A stretch of 64,000 nucleotides of DNA from an uncultured bacterium (GTDB lineage Bacteria; Krumholzibacteriota; Krumholzibacteriia; LZORAL124-64-63), in NCBI GenBank assembly GCA_963732385.1, contig CAVSZB010000008.1, positions 192,001 to 256,000 on the forward strand. Reading direction: 5' to 3'. This document shows positions 8,779-18,497 of this stretch, one piece after another. The position numbers were made by a program, and so were the translations under genes. Under the pieces are notes generated by a model, which searched no databases, was not told the origin of the DNA, and worked only from the letters and a program-made list of their open reading frames with translations. Within the stretch, counting starts at the first letter, position 1. Each line of letters starts with the position of its first letter.

Positions 8779-9375
8779 TCAGTCCCGCTCGATCTCCAGC
8801 AGCCCCGCGTGCACCAGCGGATGCACGACGAGCCGGTGGCGCGCCTCGATCACGAGGTCGACGCGTCCGCCGATCGAACCCTCCCCTCTGATCTCGTAGT
8901 CGTGGGCCGGCGAGTAGGCCTCGATTCCCTTCGCGTCGGGATCGATCGTTTCGACCGGCTCACCCCCCTCGAGTACCAAACCGGCCGGCAGTCCCTTCAG
9001 CAGCGCCTGGATCTCCTCGCCGTAGCGTCGCGCGAAAGCCTGATAGCGGAAGTGGATGCGGGCGGCGCGCACACGGCCCTCATCCGCCAGGCGCAGGCCT
9101 GCCTCGCTTTCCAGACGCGTGCGTACCGCGACGAGCCGGTCGCGCGTGGTCTGGTCCACGATGGCGCGGCATTCGTGGGGGGACAGGCCGACCATGCCGC
9201 GCAGGCGATCGCCGAGCGAGCGTCCGGCGGGCGCCTGCTCCGGGGGGAACTCCAGGTAGCCGGCGTGCCCGGCGCCCATGAGCAGTCCGCACAGGAAGCC
9301 CCGCCCCGCCTCGGGCATTCCCTCGATCACCACTTCGAAAAAGACCGGCGCGGACGTTGGGTTTTTGGCGGTCAT
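8779..9375 (-). CDS. Hypothetical protein (198 aa)
   Basis: Protein-like composition; AGGAG RBS; 12-bp gap after the antiporter gene. Confidence 0.7.
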   Translation of the reverse strand: MTAKNPTSAPVFFEVVIEGMPEAGRGFLCGLLMGAGHAGYLEFPPEQAPAGRSLGDRLRGMVGLSPHECRAIVDQTTRDRLVAVRTRLESEAGLRLADEGRVRAARIHFRYQAFARRYGEEIQALLKGLPAGLVLEGGEPVETIDPDAKGIEAYSPAHDYEIRGEGSIGGRVDLVIEARHRLVVHPLVHAGLLEIERD

Positions 9376-9387
9376 CAGCGCGACTCC

Positions 9388-10923
9388 TTAACGGAAGAAG
9401 AGCAGGGTGATGACGATGAACGTCGGGATCAGGAACGGAATCGAATAGCGGAACATGTAGCCGAAGAAACTCGGCATCGGCACACCCGCCTCTTCCGCGA
9501 TCGACTTCACCATGAAGTTGGGCGCATTGCCGATGTAGGTGTTGGCGCCCATGAACACCGCCCCGGCCGAGATGGCGGTGAGGTCGCGGATAAAATCGGG
9601 GTTGGCAGCGACGCCCGCCACGTGTCCGAGCATGCCCGGCACCGCGGATTCCGGCACGCCGAGGCTGCCGAGGGCCGTGTTGAAGAAGGTCAGATAGGTG
9701 GGGGCGTTGTCGAGGAAGCTCGACAGTCCGCCCGAGACCCAGAAGTAGTGCACCGGTTCGCGGACGGCGCGGATCAGCCCCGCCATGGCGCCGTGCACGC
9801 CGGCCTGCAGTATCTCGAGGGCCGGAATGATCGTAATGAAGATGCCGGCGAACAAAATCGCCACCTCGCGGATCGGCCCCCAGGAGAATTCGTTGCGCGC
9901 GCGCAAGGTCTTCGCGGTTGTCAGGAGCGACAACCAGCCCATGAGCAGCAGGAAGACGTCGCGCACGAGATTCTGGCGTTCGATCACGACGTGCCCGTAG
10001 ACATGCTGCGGCCCCAGCTTGACGGAACCGGAAAACAGCACACCGGCCATGACGCCGAGCAGGAAAAGCAGATTGTGCAGTCCCTCGATGCGCACCCGGC
10101 CCGCGCCCAAAGCGATCTCGGGTGGGCGCGCGGTCTCCCGCCGGAAGGCGTGCTGGTCGATCAAATAGAAGAGCGCGAGCAGGATGACCGTCGCCGTGGC
10201 GGCCTCCCGCAGCAACGCCGTGGTGACCCAGAAGAACGGCACCCCGTGCAGGAAGCCGAGGAACAACGGCGGATCGCCCAGCGGCGTCAGGGAACCGCCG
10301 ATGTTGGCGACCAGGAAGATGAAGAACGCCACCACGTGAACCTGGCTGCTCCGCCACGCATTCGCGCGCAGCAGCGGGCGGATCATGACCATGGCGGCGC
10401 CGGTGGTGCCGATCCAGGAGGCGAGGAGCGTCCCGATCAACAGCAGCAGCGTGTTGAGCGCCGGCGAGCCGCGCAAAGCTCCGCCCACGTAGATTCCGCC
10501 GGCGATCGTGAACAGCGCCCACAGCAGGATGATGAACGGGATGTAGTCGATGACCGCGATATGGATGATCTTCTGCAGCCCCTCGTTGCCGTACACCGCC
10601 AGGAACGGGACCGCCATGAGCAGCGCCCAGGCGGCCGACACCTTCGGGAAGTGATGGTGCCAGAAGCGGGGCGCCAACAGCGGGAAGAGGGCGATCGAGA
10701 GGAGAATCCCGGCGAACGGGAGGGTGCTCCAGAGCGGCAGACGCTCGCCGAACCCGGCCTGATGGACGGCGGCGCCGGTCTCCGCCCCGACGTTCCCGGC
10801 GGTTCCGGAAGCGGGAACCGACGCCATGGCGGTGATCCCGGACATCAGCAGCAGGGCCAGGAAAAGGAGCGCGGCGGTCCGCGGGGGCACCGACCGTCGC
10901 GGCGGCGGAAATACGGATCTCAT
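9388..10923 (-). CDS. Sodium:proton antiporter-like IT-superfamily transporter (CitMHS_2-like)
   Basis: Many TM helices; ASWIGTTGAAM, ANIGGSLTPLGDPPLFLGF, SSFLDNAPTY, GANTYIGNAPNFMV. Confidence 0.85.
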   Translation of the reverse strand: MRSVFPPPRRSVPPRTAALLFLALLLMSGITAMASVPASGTAGNVGAETGAAVHQAGFGERLPLWSTLPFAGILLSIALFPLLAPRFWHHHFPKVSAAWALLMAVPFLAVYGNEGLQKIIHIAVIDYIPFIILLWALFTIAGGIYVGGALRGSPALNTLLLLIGTLLASWIGTTGAAMVMIRPLLRANAWRSSQVHVVAFFIFLVANIGGSLTPLGDPPLFLGFLHGVPFFWVTTALLREAATATVILLALFYLIDQHAFRRETARPPEIALGAGRVRIEGLHNLLFLLGVMAGVLFSGSVKLGPQHVYGHVVIERQNLVRDVFLLLMGWLSLLTTAKTLRARNEFSWGPIREVAILFAGIFITIIPALEILQAGVHGAMAGLIRAVREPVHYFWVSGGLSSFLDNAPTYLTFFNTALGSLGVPESAVPGMLGHVAGVAANPDFIRDLTAISAGAVFMGANTYIGNAPNFMVKSIAEEAGVPMPSFFGYMFRYSIPFLIPTFIVITLLFFR

Positions 10924-10956
10924 GGGCGCCTCCGGGAAACGCGTGAGACAGCGCGG

Positions 10957-10982
10957 AAAAAGCCGGCGTCACGCGGACGCCG
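10957..10982 (-). terminator. Terminator-like hairpin inside the antiporter 5' leader
   Basis: Minus strand CGGCGTC-CGCGT-GACGCCG-GC-TTTTT between promoter and ATG. Confidence 0.4.
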
Positions 10983-11023
10983 AGGTTCAGGCAGCGGTCG
11001 AATCGGAAGTTGAAAACGGCCTG

Positions 11024-11052
11024 AACGTAGGGTAGCTTCCCGGCGCTGTCAA
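11024..11052 (-). promoter_or_regulatory. sigma70 promoter of the antiporter
   Basis: Minus strand TTGACA-N17-TACGTT. Confidence 0.6.
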
Positions 11053-11101
11053 TGATCGCCCGGCCTGGCGCGGGTGGGTTCGCGCTCCGATCGGTCCCGC
11101 C

Positions 11102-12265
11102 GTGAGAATCGCTTTTCTCAGTTCCCAGCACGGCTATTACGGCGGCGAGGTGCATTTGCTGCAACTCGCGCGGGGGCTGGCGCTGCGTGGCCACGAGGTG
11201 GCCTGCTGCGTGCCGCCCGGCAGCGGCCTGGCGGTCCGGTTGGCCGACACCGGTCTCGACGTGACCACCGTGCGGCTCGTGGATTGGTTCGAGCCGGTCG
11301 GGGCCGCGCGCTCGGTCGCCTGGCTGCGCCGTCTGCGGCCGGACATCCTGCACACGCACTGTCCCCGCGACCACTACCTGGCGGCGATGGCCACGCGCGG
11401 CCTCCCGACCCGCAACGTCGGCACGCGCCACGAATTGCTGCCGATCGGGGCGGCGCGGTTCAAGCGGCCGTTCTTCCGCCGGTTCGCCGCGATGATCGCC
11501 GTTTCGGAGGCGGTACGCACGGTCTTCGTGGCCTCGCGCGTCATGGATCCGGAGCGCGTGGTGACGGTTCGCAACGGCGTCGACACCGACCGCTTGATGC
11601 CGGTCCGCGGTAGTCTGCGGAGGGCGGCCGGTCTCGACGAGGATGACGTGCCGGTCGTTGGCTACGTCGGGCGCCTCTCGCCCGGCAAGGGGCTGGATAC
11701 GCTGATCGAGGCGATGGCGTTGTTGCGCCGCAACGGGGGACCTCGGGCGCGGCTCTTCATCGTGGGCGACGATCCGAGCCGCGACGGTGCCTACGGCGGC
11801 GCGCTGCGCCGCCGCGCCGCACAACGCGGCCTGGGCGAATCCGCGCACTTCTTCGGATGGGTGGAGGATGCCGCGGCCGCCGCCGCCGATTTTGACCTGC
11901 TCGTCGTGCCGTCGCGCGCGGAACCGTGCGGCCTCGTCACGCTCGAAGGGATGGTCCACGGCCATGCGATCATCGCCACCGCCGCCGGCGGCACAACGGA
12001 ACTGATTCGCGACGGCAGGGAGGGGCTGCTCGTACCGCCGGGCGATCCGGCGGCGCTGGCGGCACGGCTGGCGCGCCTGCTCGGCGATCCGGAGCTGCGC
12101 GCGCGCCTCGGCGCGTCGGCGCGTCGGCGCGTGACGGGGCAGTTTCCGCTGTCGAGGATGCTCGACGGTGTGGAGGGTGTGTACCGGCGCGTGGGCGAAG
12201 CCGGAGCGGCCGCGCGGGGCGTTGATCACGACGGCGGACAGGGCGAAGGGGCTTTGGAGTTTTGA
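11102..12265 (+). CDS. Glycosyltransferase family 4
   Basis: GGEVH, LHTH, AVSEAV, NGVD, GRLSPGKG, PSRAEPCGLVTLEGM. Confidence 0.9.
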   Translation: MRIAFLSSQHGYYGGEVHLLQLARGLALRGHEVACCVPPGSGLAVRLADTGLDVTTVRLVDWFEPVGAARSVAWLRRLRPDILHTHCPRDHYLAAMATRGLPTRNVGTRHELLPIGAARFKRPFFRRFAAMIAVSEAVRTVFVASRVMDPERVVTVRNGVDTDRLMPVRGSLRRAAGLDEDDVPVVGYVGRLSPGKGLDTLIEAMALLRRNGGPRARLFIVGDDPSRDGAYGGALRRRAAQRGLGESAHFFGWVEDAAAAAADFDLLVVPSRAEPCGLVTLEGMVHGHAIIATAAGGTTELIRDGREGLLVPPGDPAALAARLARLLGDPELRARLGASARRRVTGQFPLSRMLDGVEGVYRRVGEAGAAARGVDHDGGQGEGALEF

Positions 12266-12287
12266 TATCCAACGCTCGTGCTGGGCT

Positions 12288-12316
12288 TTGACTCTCCGAC
12301 CGGTGCGTGCTACAAT
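12288..12316 (+). promoter_or_regulatory. Near-consensus sigma70 promoter of the Omp28 operon
   Basis: TTGACT-N17-TACAAT with extended TG. Confidence 0.7.
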
Positions 12317-12379
12317 CCAACTAATCGGCCATTTCAATATTCGATCATCCACTTTCCAAGCCCTCGCCAGGAGCCGGGA

Positions 12380-13492
12380 ATGTCTCGTTGGAGACCATTC
12401 CTATGGCTGGGGTTGTTTCTGGCGCTCACCACGCAGTCGCCGGGGTGCGGCCGAAAGGCTCCCGTCTTCGCGCCCCCGCCGACGCAGGAGTGGGGCTTCC
12501 TGGGCGTGACCTCCACGCCGTCGGGCGCGGCGATCGCGCTCGACGGGCTGGACACCGGACGGGTAACCCCGGACACCCTCGAGACAATCGTCATTGGGCC
12601 GCACGTGGTGCGGGTGCGGCTGGACGGCTACGTTGCCGAGCCGGAATCGCTGGTGGTCGAGGTGACGGCCCCGCTCATGGCGAGCGCCGCGTTCACGCTG
12701 TCCGAGCAGCAGCAGGCTCCGCTCAAGGTGGCCCTGCTGGAGGGGTTCTCGAACGTCGATTGCCTCGGCTGCCCGGAACTCGCCGCCACACTCGCGGCGG
12801 TCATGGCCGAGCCGGGACACGGCAGCGATCGCCTGCTGCTGATCAAGTACGCGACGAACTGGCCCAATTACCTCGACCCGCACTATCAGACCAACCCGCA
12901 GGACAATACCGCCCGCCTGACGTTCTACCAGAGCGACATCATGGGCATCCCCACGCTGTTCGCCGACGGCGCGCTGGTGGGCGTCTCGGGCCAGGCGACC
13001 GCGGCGGCGGAACTGTCGACGCTCGTGGACGAGCTGCTGGCGGCCGATCCCGGTTTCGCCATCGCCGTGACCGCCACCATCGCCGGGTCGGGTGTCGCGG
13101 CGGAGGCGGTGCTCACTGCCGTGCGTGCCGTCTCGCACCCGGGGGCCGTGCTGCATCTCGCGTTGTTGGAGAATCCCGTCGTCTACGCCGCTGCGCCCGG
13201 CAGCCAGGGGGAGACCGAGTTCCACTGGATCATGCGCGACTTCGTCACCCTTGCCGAATCGCCTCTGCCTCTGGCTGCGGATGAGCCGCGGGAGATGTCG
13301 GGCAACCTGGCCGTGCCGGCCGTCTGTCTCTCCGCGCACCTCGCCGTGATAGCGTTCGTCCAGGATTCCGCCACACGCGAGATTCTTCAGGCGGGCCTGG
13401 CGCCTGTCGTTTCGGCTGTTCCCTTATCGTCGTCGTCTCCGCAATCAGTCCTCGCCACATCCCGGATTTTCAACGGAAGAAGTGGGCCATGA
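12380..13492 (+). CDS. Lipoprotein: PEGA domain + Omp28-like thioredoxin/Ig domain
   Basis: AGGAG RBS, lipobox SPGC, VTSTPSGAAIALDG..TP (PEGA), LLEGFSNVDCLGCP, GIPT, FHWIMR, VIAFVQD. Confidence 0.8.
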   Translation: MSRWRPFLWLGLFLALTTQSPGCGRKAPVFAPPPTQEWGFLGVTSTPSGAAIALDGLDTGRVTPDTLETIVIGPHVVRVRLDGYVAEPESLVVEVTAPLMASAAFTLSEQQQAPLKVALLEGFSNVDCLGCPELAATLAAVMAEPGHGSDRLLLIKYATNWPNYLDPHYQTNPQDNTARLTFYQSDIMGIPTLFADGALVGVSGQATAAAELSTLVDELLAADPGFAIAVTATIAGSGVAAEAVLTAVRAVSHPGAVLHLALLENPVVYAAAPGSQGETEFHWIMRDFVTLAESPLPLAADEPREMSGNLAVPAVCLSAHLAVIAFVQDSATREILQAGLAPVVSAVPLSSSSPQSVLATSRIFNGRSGP

Positions 13493-15555
13493 TCAAATCG
13501 AGAACATCGATCATCCTGGGCCTCGTGGCCTGCTGCCTGACGGCCTCGACCGCGCTGGCCGTGCCACGGGTGATGCTCGTCGAGGGATTCACCAACGTCG
13601 GCTGCCCCTACTGCCCCGACGCCAACGCGGCCACGCACGAATTCCTCGCGGACTACGGTCCGTCCATGGCGATCGGCGTGTCGTACCACGTCTCGTGGCC
13701 GGACAGCGGCGATCCATTCTACACGCTGGCAAATGCGGATTCTTCCATCTACTTCCGCAGGGTGTACTACGGGGTCAACTCGGTCCCCTCGCTCTTCTCG
13801 GACGGCACTTCGACGGTGACCGGCAGCGTGGCGGCCCTGGAAGGGGCGGCGACCACGCGCCTGACCACCGAATCACCGATCACGGTCGCCGTGGAGCAGG
13901 TGATCGAGGGCGGGATGGTCACCGTCACCGCGACGGTCACCGCGGTCGATGCGGTCCCGCTCGGCGATCTGGCGCTGCGCATCGCCCTGACCGAAACCGA
14001 GATCCACTACGCCGTGGCGCCCGGCTCGAACGGCCAGACCGATTTCTACGACACGATGCGCGACATGCTGCCTGACGCGCGCGGCACGAAGTTCACGATC
14101 GGCCTGGGCGAGACCCGGGTCTTCGTCCAGAGCACGCCGGTCAACGTGGCCTGGAACCTGGCCAACATCCGCGCCGTGGTCTGGGTGCAGGACGACCTCA
14201 CGAGAGAGGTGCTGCAGGCGGGCAGCACGGCGCCCAGGCCGGACTACACCTTCTTCTACGGCCCCCGCAAGAGCATCGACGTGGTCAATATCGGCACGCT
14301 GTGCAGCTACGAGTCCATCCTTGCGAACTACGGCAATCTGTCCGATGCCTATGACGTCACCATCACGCCCGACCTGCCGGCCGGCTGGAGCGGCTCGGTC
14401 TGCATCGGCACGACCTGCTATCCGCCCTGGATCACCAGCTTCGTCACCAGCGCTGCTCCGGAAACCCAGAAAATCATCCAGGTGGACATCCAGCCGTTGC
14501 TGACGGCCGGCAGCGGCACGATGACGCTTACCGCCACCAGTCGCGGCGATCCCACGAAGACCTGGACCCGCGTGTTCAAGATGATTTCCGGCGGCGTGCC
14601 GATCCTGTGCATGGACAGCGACGGCGGCTACGATTACGAAACCTACTATAACGCGGCGCTCGATGCGGCCGGTCATCCCTACGCCACCTGGGATCGGCTG
14701 CTCAACGGCGCTCCCAGTGCCGCCCAGCTCGATCATTTCGCCATCGTGATCTGGAACGGGGGACTCGCGTATCCGCCCGTCACGACCACCGACAGGACCG
14801 CGCTCGCCACGTACCTTGACAACGGCGGCCGCCTGTTCATCAGCGGCCAGGACATCGGGTGGTCGCTGTGCGATCCCGCCAGCTCGGACTACAGCGCCGA
14901 GTCGATGGCGTGGTACAACGCCTACCTCGGCGCGGATTATCTCAGCGACGGCATCAACGACCTGTCCCTGAGCGGCGTGGCGGGAGATCCGATCACCGAC
15001 GGGCTGGTGTTCAACCTGAACGGCGGCACCAGCGCCGACAATCAGGACTGGCCGAGCGAGATCCAGCCGCGGACGGGCGCGGTCGGCTGCGTGGTCTACA
15101 GTCCCAACCGTGAGGCCGCAGTCCGCTACGCGCACGGACCGTTCCGCGTGGTGTACCTGGCGTACGGGTTCGAGGGAATGGACACGGAGTCGAGCCGGTT
15201 CACCCTCATGTCCCGCAGCCTCGACTGGCTCGGCATCCAGTTGGTCGGCGTGCCGGGCGAGACGCCGCCGGTGCTGGCCCTGGAGCCGACGGTCGCGCCC
15301 AATCCGTTCAACCCCGCCACTGAGATCGCCTTCACCGTGGGCAGCCCAGTGCCGGTACCGGTGAAGGTGGCGATCTACGACGTGCGCGGACGGCTCGTGC
15401 GCGAGATCTATGACGGCCCGGTCGCGCCGGGAAAATGCACGCTGGCCTGGGACGGCTGTACCGCAACGGGCGCCCAGGCGGCCAGCGGGGTCTACCTGGC
15501 TCGCGTGCGGGTGGCGGACGAGGAGCGCGTCCTCAAACTGGCCCTGACCAAGTGA
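13489..15555 (+). CDS. Secreted Omp28-like thioredoxin-domain protein with FlgD-Ig/T9SS-like C-terminal domain
   Basis: Signal peptide, LVEGFTNVGCPYCP, YH, YGVNSVPS, VVWVQD, C-terminal PNPFNP..YDVRGR..WDG..SGVY. Confidence 0.82.
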   Translation: MIKSRTSIILGLVACCLTASTALAVPRVMLVEGFTNVGCPYCPDANAATHEFLADYGPSMAIGVSYHVSWPDSGDPFYTLANADSSIYFRRVYYGVNSVPSLFSDGTSTVTGSVAALEGAATTRLTTESPITVAVEQVIEGGMVTVTATVTAVDAVPLGDLALRIALTETEIHYAVAPGSNGQTDFYDTMRDMLPDARGTKFTIGLGETRVFVQSTPVNVAWNLANIRAVVWVQDDLTREVLQAGSTAPRPDYTFFYGPRKSIDVVNIGTLCSYESILANYGNLSDAYDVTITPDLPAGWSGSVCIGTTCYPPWITSFVTSAAPETQKIIQVDIQPLLTAGSGTMTLTATSRGDPTKTWTRVFKMISGGVPILCMDSDGGYDYETYYNAALDAAGHPYATWDRLLNGAPSAAQLDHFAIVIWNGGLAYPPVTTTDRTALATYLDNGGRLFISGQDIGWSLCDPASSDYSAESMAWYNAYLGADYLSDGINDLSLSGVAGDPITDGLVFNLNGGTSADNQDWPSEIQPRTGAVGCVVYSPNREAAVRYAHGPFRVVYLAYGFEGMDTESSRFTLMSRSLDWLGIQLVGVPGETPPVLALEPTVAPNPFNPATEIAFTVGSPVPVPVKVAIYDVRGRLVREIYDGPVAPGKCTLAWDGCTATGAQAASGVYLARVRVADEERVLKLALTK

Positions 15556-16163
15556 CGCGTCACAGGGAGGTGCCGATCTTGTTCTGGCAAGTGCCGGGGC
15601 CGCGCTGCGCGCGGCGGGTCGCAGCGGCGACCGCGGTCCTGGTCCTGGCGACACTCATGTCGTGGGGGCCGACGGCTCCGTCGGTCGTCGTCGCGGGCCC
15701 GTCGGCCGGGCCAGCCGTCCCCGACTGGACGCTGCGCACGGCGGACGGCCGGGAGATCAGTCTGCACGGGGCCCTCGCGCAGGGCCCCGTGCTCCTCTCC
15801 TTCTGGGCCCTCTGGTGCAATCCCTGCCTGCACGAGTTGCCCCATCTCGACGCGCTCGCGCGCGACACCGCGGGTCGTCTGACGGTCCTGGCCGTCAACC
15901 AGGACGGTCCCCGGAGCGTGGCGCGTGTCCGCCCCTATCTGCAGTCGAAGAAGTTTGGCCTCACGGTGCCCCTCGACACTTCGGGCGATGTGGCGCGCAG
16001 GATGCAGGTGGGCGGCATCCTGCCGTTCGTGGTCCTGTACGATGCCGATGGCAGGGAATTGTACCGCCACATCGGCTACCGCGATGGCGACGAGGCGACG
16101 CTCCGCGCCAGGGTGATGGCGCTGCTCGGCGTCACGGCCGTGGATTCCGCGGGGGTGAAATGA
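15552..16163 (+). CDS. TlpA-family thiol:disulfide oxidoreductase (alternative start TTG 15579)
   Basis: LLSFWALWCNPCLHELP, VNQD, cis-Pro ILP; N-terminal hydrophobic anchor. Confidence 0.88.
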   Translation: MTRHREVPILFWQVPGPRCARRVAAATAVLVLATLMSWGPTAPSVVVAGPSAGPAVPDWTLRTADGREISLHGALAQGPVLLSFWALWCNPCLHELPHLDALARDTAGRLTVLAVNQDGPRSVARVRPYLQSKKFGLTVPLDTSGDVARRMQVGGILPFVVLYDADGRELYRHIGYRDGDEATLRARVMALLGVTAVDSAGVK

Positions 16164-17629
16164 GGCACGCGGGGCTGCAGCTGGGCGGCGTCATGGTGGC
16201 TGTCATGATCGCGGGCGCGACCGTGCGCGCGGAGACGATCGGCGACGGCCAGGTCTCGGCCGTCGATGCGTTCGAGTACTCCTACAGCACGGAGACCGGC
16301 CGGGAGATCGTCGAGAACTGGCTCGACGCAAGCTGGCTTTTGGGCGGTTTGCGCGCGGGCATCCTGCTCAACCATCAGGCGCCGTCCGAAGAGGGTTTCC
16401 GGGCCAACAGCGTGCGGCACCGCTTCGTGGAGTTCTCCACCCAGGGACTCGACGTGCGGGCCGGTCATTTCTACGGGATGTTCGGTCGCGGCCTGCTGTT
16501 CGCCGCCTACGAGGACCGACGGATCCGCGTGGACACCGCCCTCGACGGCCTGCTGGCGTCGGGTCGGCGCGGCCGCCTGCGCGGCACCGCCTTCACGGGC
16601 GCGCCGAGCGACCTGTCCGTGGACGTGCGCGGTCTCGACAGCGAGGTCGATCTCGGCCATGGCTGGGGGCTGGGCCTCTCGGGCCTGACCTGGCGCGCCG
16701 ACGACCGGGTCGCGGCCGACGGGGACGTGCACCGCGAATGGGTGGCGGCGCCACGTCTGACCACGACGCTCCCGTGGGGAGGTCTCTATCTCGAATACGG
16801 GCGCAAGAAGGGGTGGGACAACGATTTCGTGCCCGACGACGCCTACCAGAACGGACATGCCTTCTACGGGGGGCTCGATCTGGCGGCGGGACCGCTGGGC
16901 CTTTCCTTCGAGGCGAAGGACTACCGTCGGTTCACCGTCCTGCGCAACGCGGACGGCCGCACGCCGCTCAACAACCCGCCGTCGCTCACGCGCGAGCACC
17001 TCTACACGCTGCTCAACCGTGCCCCCCACGCGGTGGACGCCGATGACGAGCGCGGCCAGCAGGCGGAACTGTCGTGGACCGGCCCGGCCGGCTGGGGCAG
17101 TCTGCTGAACCTCAGCCGCACCGAGCGTCATGACGGCAGGCTCCTGTTCGAGGAGGCGTACGCACAGATCGACCAGGATCGGCTCGGAGCCTTCCGGCTG
17201 CGCGGCGGCTTCGGTTATCGCGAAAGCGAGGGGCTGCGGCAGACCGTGGTGACCGAGGTCACGTGGTTCCTGGACGAGCGCGCCAGCCTCACCTTCGAGG
17301 GCGAGCACCAGCACGTCCGCATGGGCGGGGGCGCCGGCTTTGATCTGGGCGCCTTCGACGAGGATTTCCTGAAACTGGAACTGGGCGTGGCGCCCGCCTG
17401 GTCCGTCTGCGCGATGCTGGAGATGAACAACAAGTTCGTCGAGCAGCGCGCTTTCGGCGAAAAGGCCGGGCCGTTCCCGGCGGCGCAAATCGCGTACACC
17501 ACCGAACAGGGCGCCCGTCTTGCCCTGTGGGCCGGCAAACGCCAGGCGGGCTATCTCTGCGCCGGTGGCGTCTGTAAGTATGAGCCGGCGTTCGTTGGCG
17601 TGGAACTGAGCGGGACGGTACGCTACTAA
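16160..17629 (+). CDS. DUF6029-like outer-membrane beta-barrel protein
   Basis: Signal peptide, AGHFYGMFGRGLL, NNPPSLTREH, DERG, C-terminal CAGGVC..P and terminal aromatic residue. Confidence 0.75.
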   Translation: MRHAGLQLGGVMVAVMIAGATVRAETIGDGQVSAVDAFEYSYSTETGREIVENWLDASWLLGGLRAGILLNHQAPSEEGFRANSVRHRFVEFSTQGLDVRAGHFYGMFGRGLLFAAYEDRRIRVDTALDGLLASGRRGRLRGTAFTGAPSDLSVDVRGLDSEVDLGHGWGLGLSGLTWRADDRVAADGDVHREWVAAPRLTTTLPWGGLYLEYGRKKGWDNDFVPDDAYQNGHAFYGGLDLAAGPLGLSFEAKDYRRFTVLRNADGRTPLNNPPSLTREHLYTLLNRAPHAVDADDERGQQAELSWTGPAGWGSLLNLSRTERHDGRLLFEEAYAQIDQDRLGAFRLRGGFGYRESEGLRQTVVTEVTWFLDERASLTFEGEHQHVRMGGGAGFDLGAFDEDFLKLELGVAPAWSVCAMLEMNNKFVEQRAFGEKAGPFPAAQIAYTTEQGARLALWAGKRQAGYLCAGGVCKYEPAFVGVELSGTVRY

Positions 17630-17647
17630 GACGGCCGGCGGCTGTAC

Positions 17648-18319
17648 CTACGGCGCACCGCTCGCCTTCAAGAGACCGCGCAGGAACGGCTCGATACCAT
17701 TCATCAGCAGTTGCACCGCGATCACGGTCACCATCAGGCCCATCAGTTTTTCCATGATGCGCAGGCCGGTGCGCCCGAGGCGGCGCATCACCACGTCGCC
17801 GCCGACCAGGAGCAGGCCGGTGAGGGCCAGGATGACCAGCACGCTGGCCAGCGTGACGATGCGTCCGGGCAGGCCGGGCGCCTCGGCCATCAGGACCATG
17901 ACCGTGGTGATCGAACCGGGCCCGGCCAGCAACGGGATGGCCAGCGGCGTGACGGAAGGATCTTCGGCCTCGTCCTCGTCGGGGTGGTCGTAGGAATGGG
18001 CGCTCTCGATGCCGGTGTGCCAGCGTCGCTGACGCGACTGCAGCATGTCGAGGCCGATCCCGAAGAAGATCACGCCGCCGGCGATGCGGAACGCGGAAAG
18101 GGTGATCCCGAACAGGCGCAGCAGAGTGTTGCCGAGGCCGGCGAACAGCAGCAGGATCGCCAGCGCCACCACCAGCGCGCGGGCCAGCACGCGCCGCCGT
18201 TTCCGGCGGGGCATGCGCGCCGTGAGCCCGCTGAAAAAGGGGATGCAGCCGAGCGGGTCGATCACCGCGAACAGTGACGACAGCGCAAAGACCGCGAAGG
18301 CCCACAGTTCCATCGCCAT
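17648..18319 (-). CDS. MarC-family membrane protein
   Basis: [30 protein letters not shown]. Confidence 0.9.
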   Translation of the reverse strand: MAMELWAFAVFALSSLFAVIDPLGCIPFFSGLTARMPRRKRRRVLARALVVALAILLLFAGLGNTLLRLFGITLSAFRIAGGVIFFGIGLDMLQSRQRRWHTGIESAHSYDHPDEDEAEDPSVTPLAIPLLAGPGSITTVMVLMAEAPGLPGRIVTLASVLVILALTGLLLVGGDVVMRRLGRTGLRIMEKLMGLMVTVIAVQLLMNGIEPFLRGLLKASGAP

Positions 18320-18497
18320 GAATCACCTCTGCCGGCGGGTAGCGCCCCGCGTGCCGTCCATGGTGGGCGCCGGCCGGCACCCAGGCAAGCCGGTTTTTCT
18401 TCACTTGGGCCGCAACAAGGTGCATCTTCGAAGGTGCGGGGGTCGCCGGCGCGCTCCCGTGGCATTTGCAGCGGCCGAGGCCGCAGGGAGGTTCGGG

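Noticed and set aside
8767..12352. Long ORFs 8767..11013(+) and 9080..12352(-)
   Set aside because: Antisense or off-frame shadows of the antiporter and GT4 genes, typical of high-GC DNA; no motifs
12380..17629. Selenocysteine readthrough in the redox genes
   Set aside because: All redox motifs are Cys-encoded; the TGA codons are ordinary stops overlapping the next start
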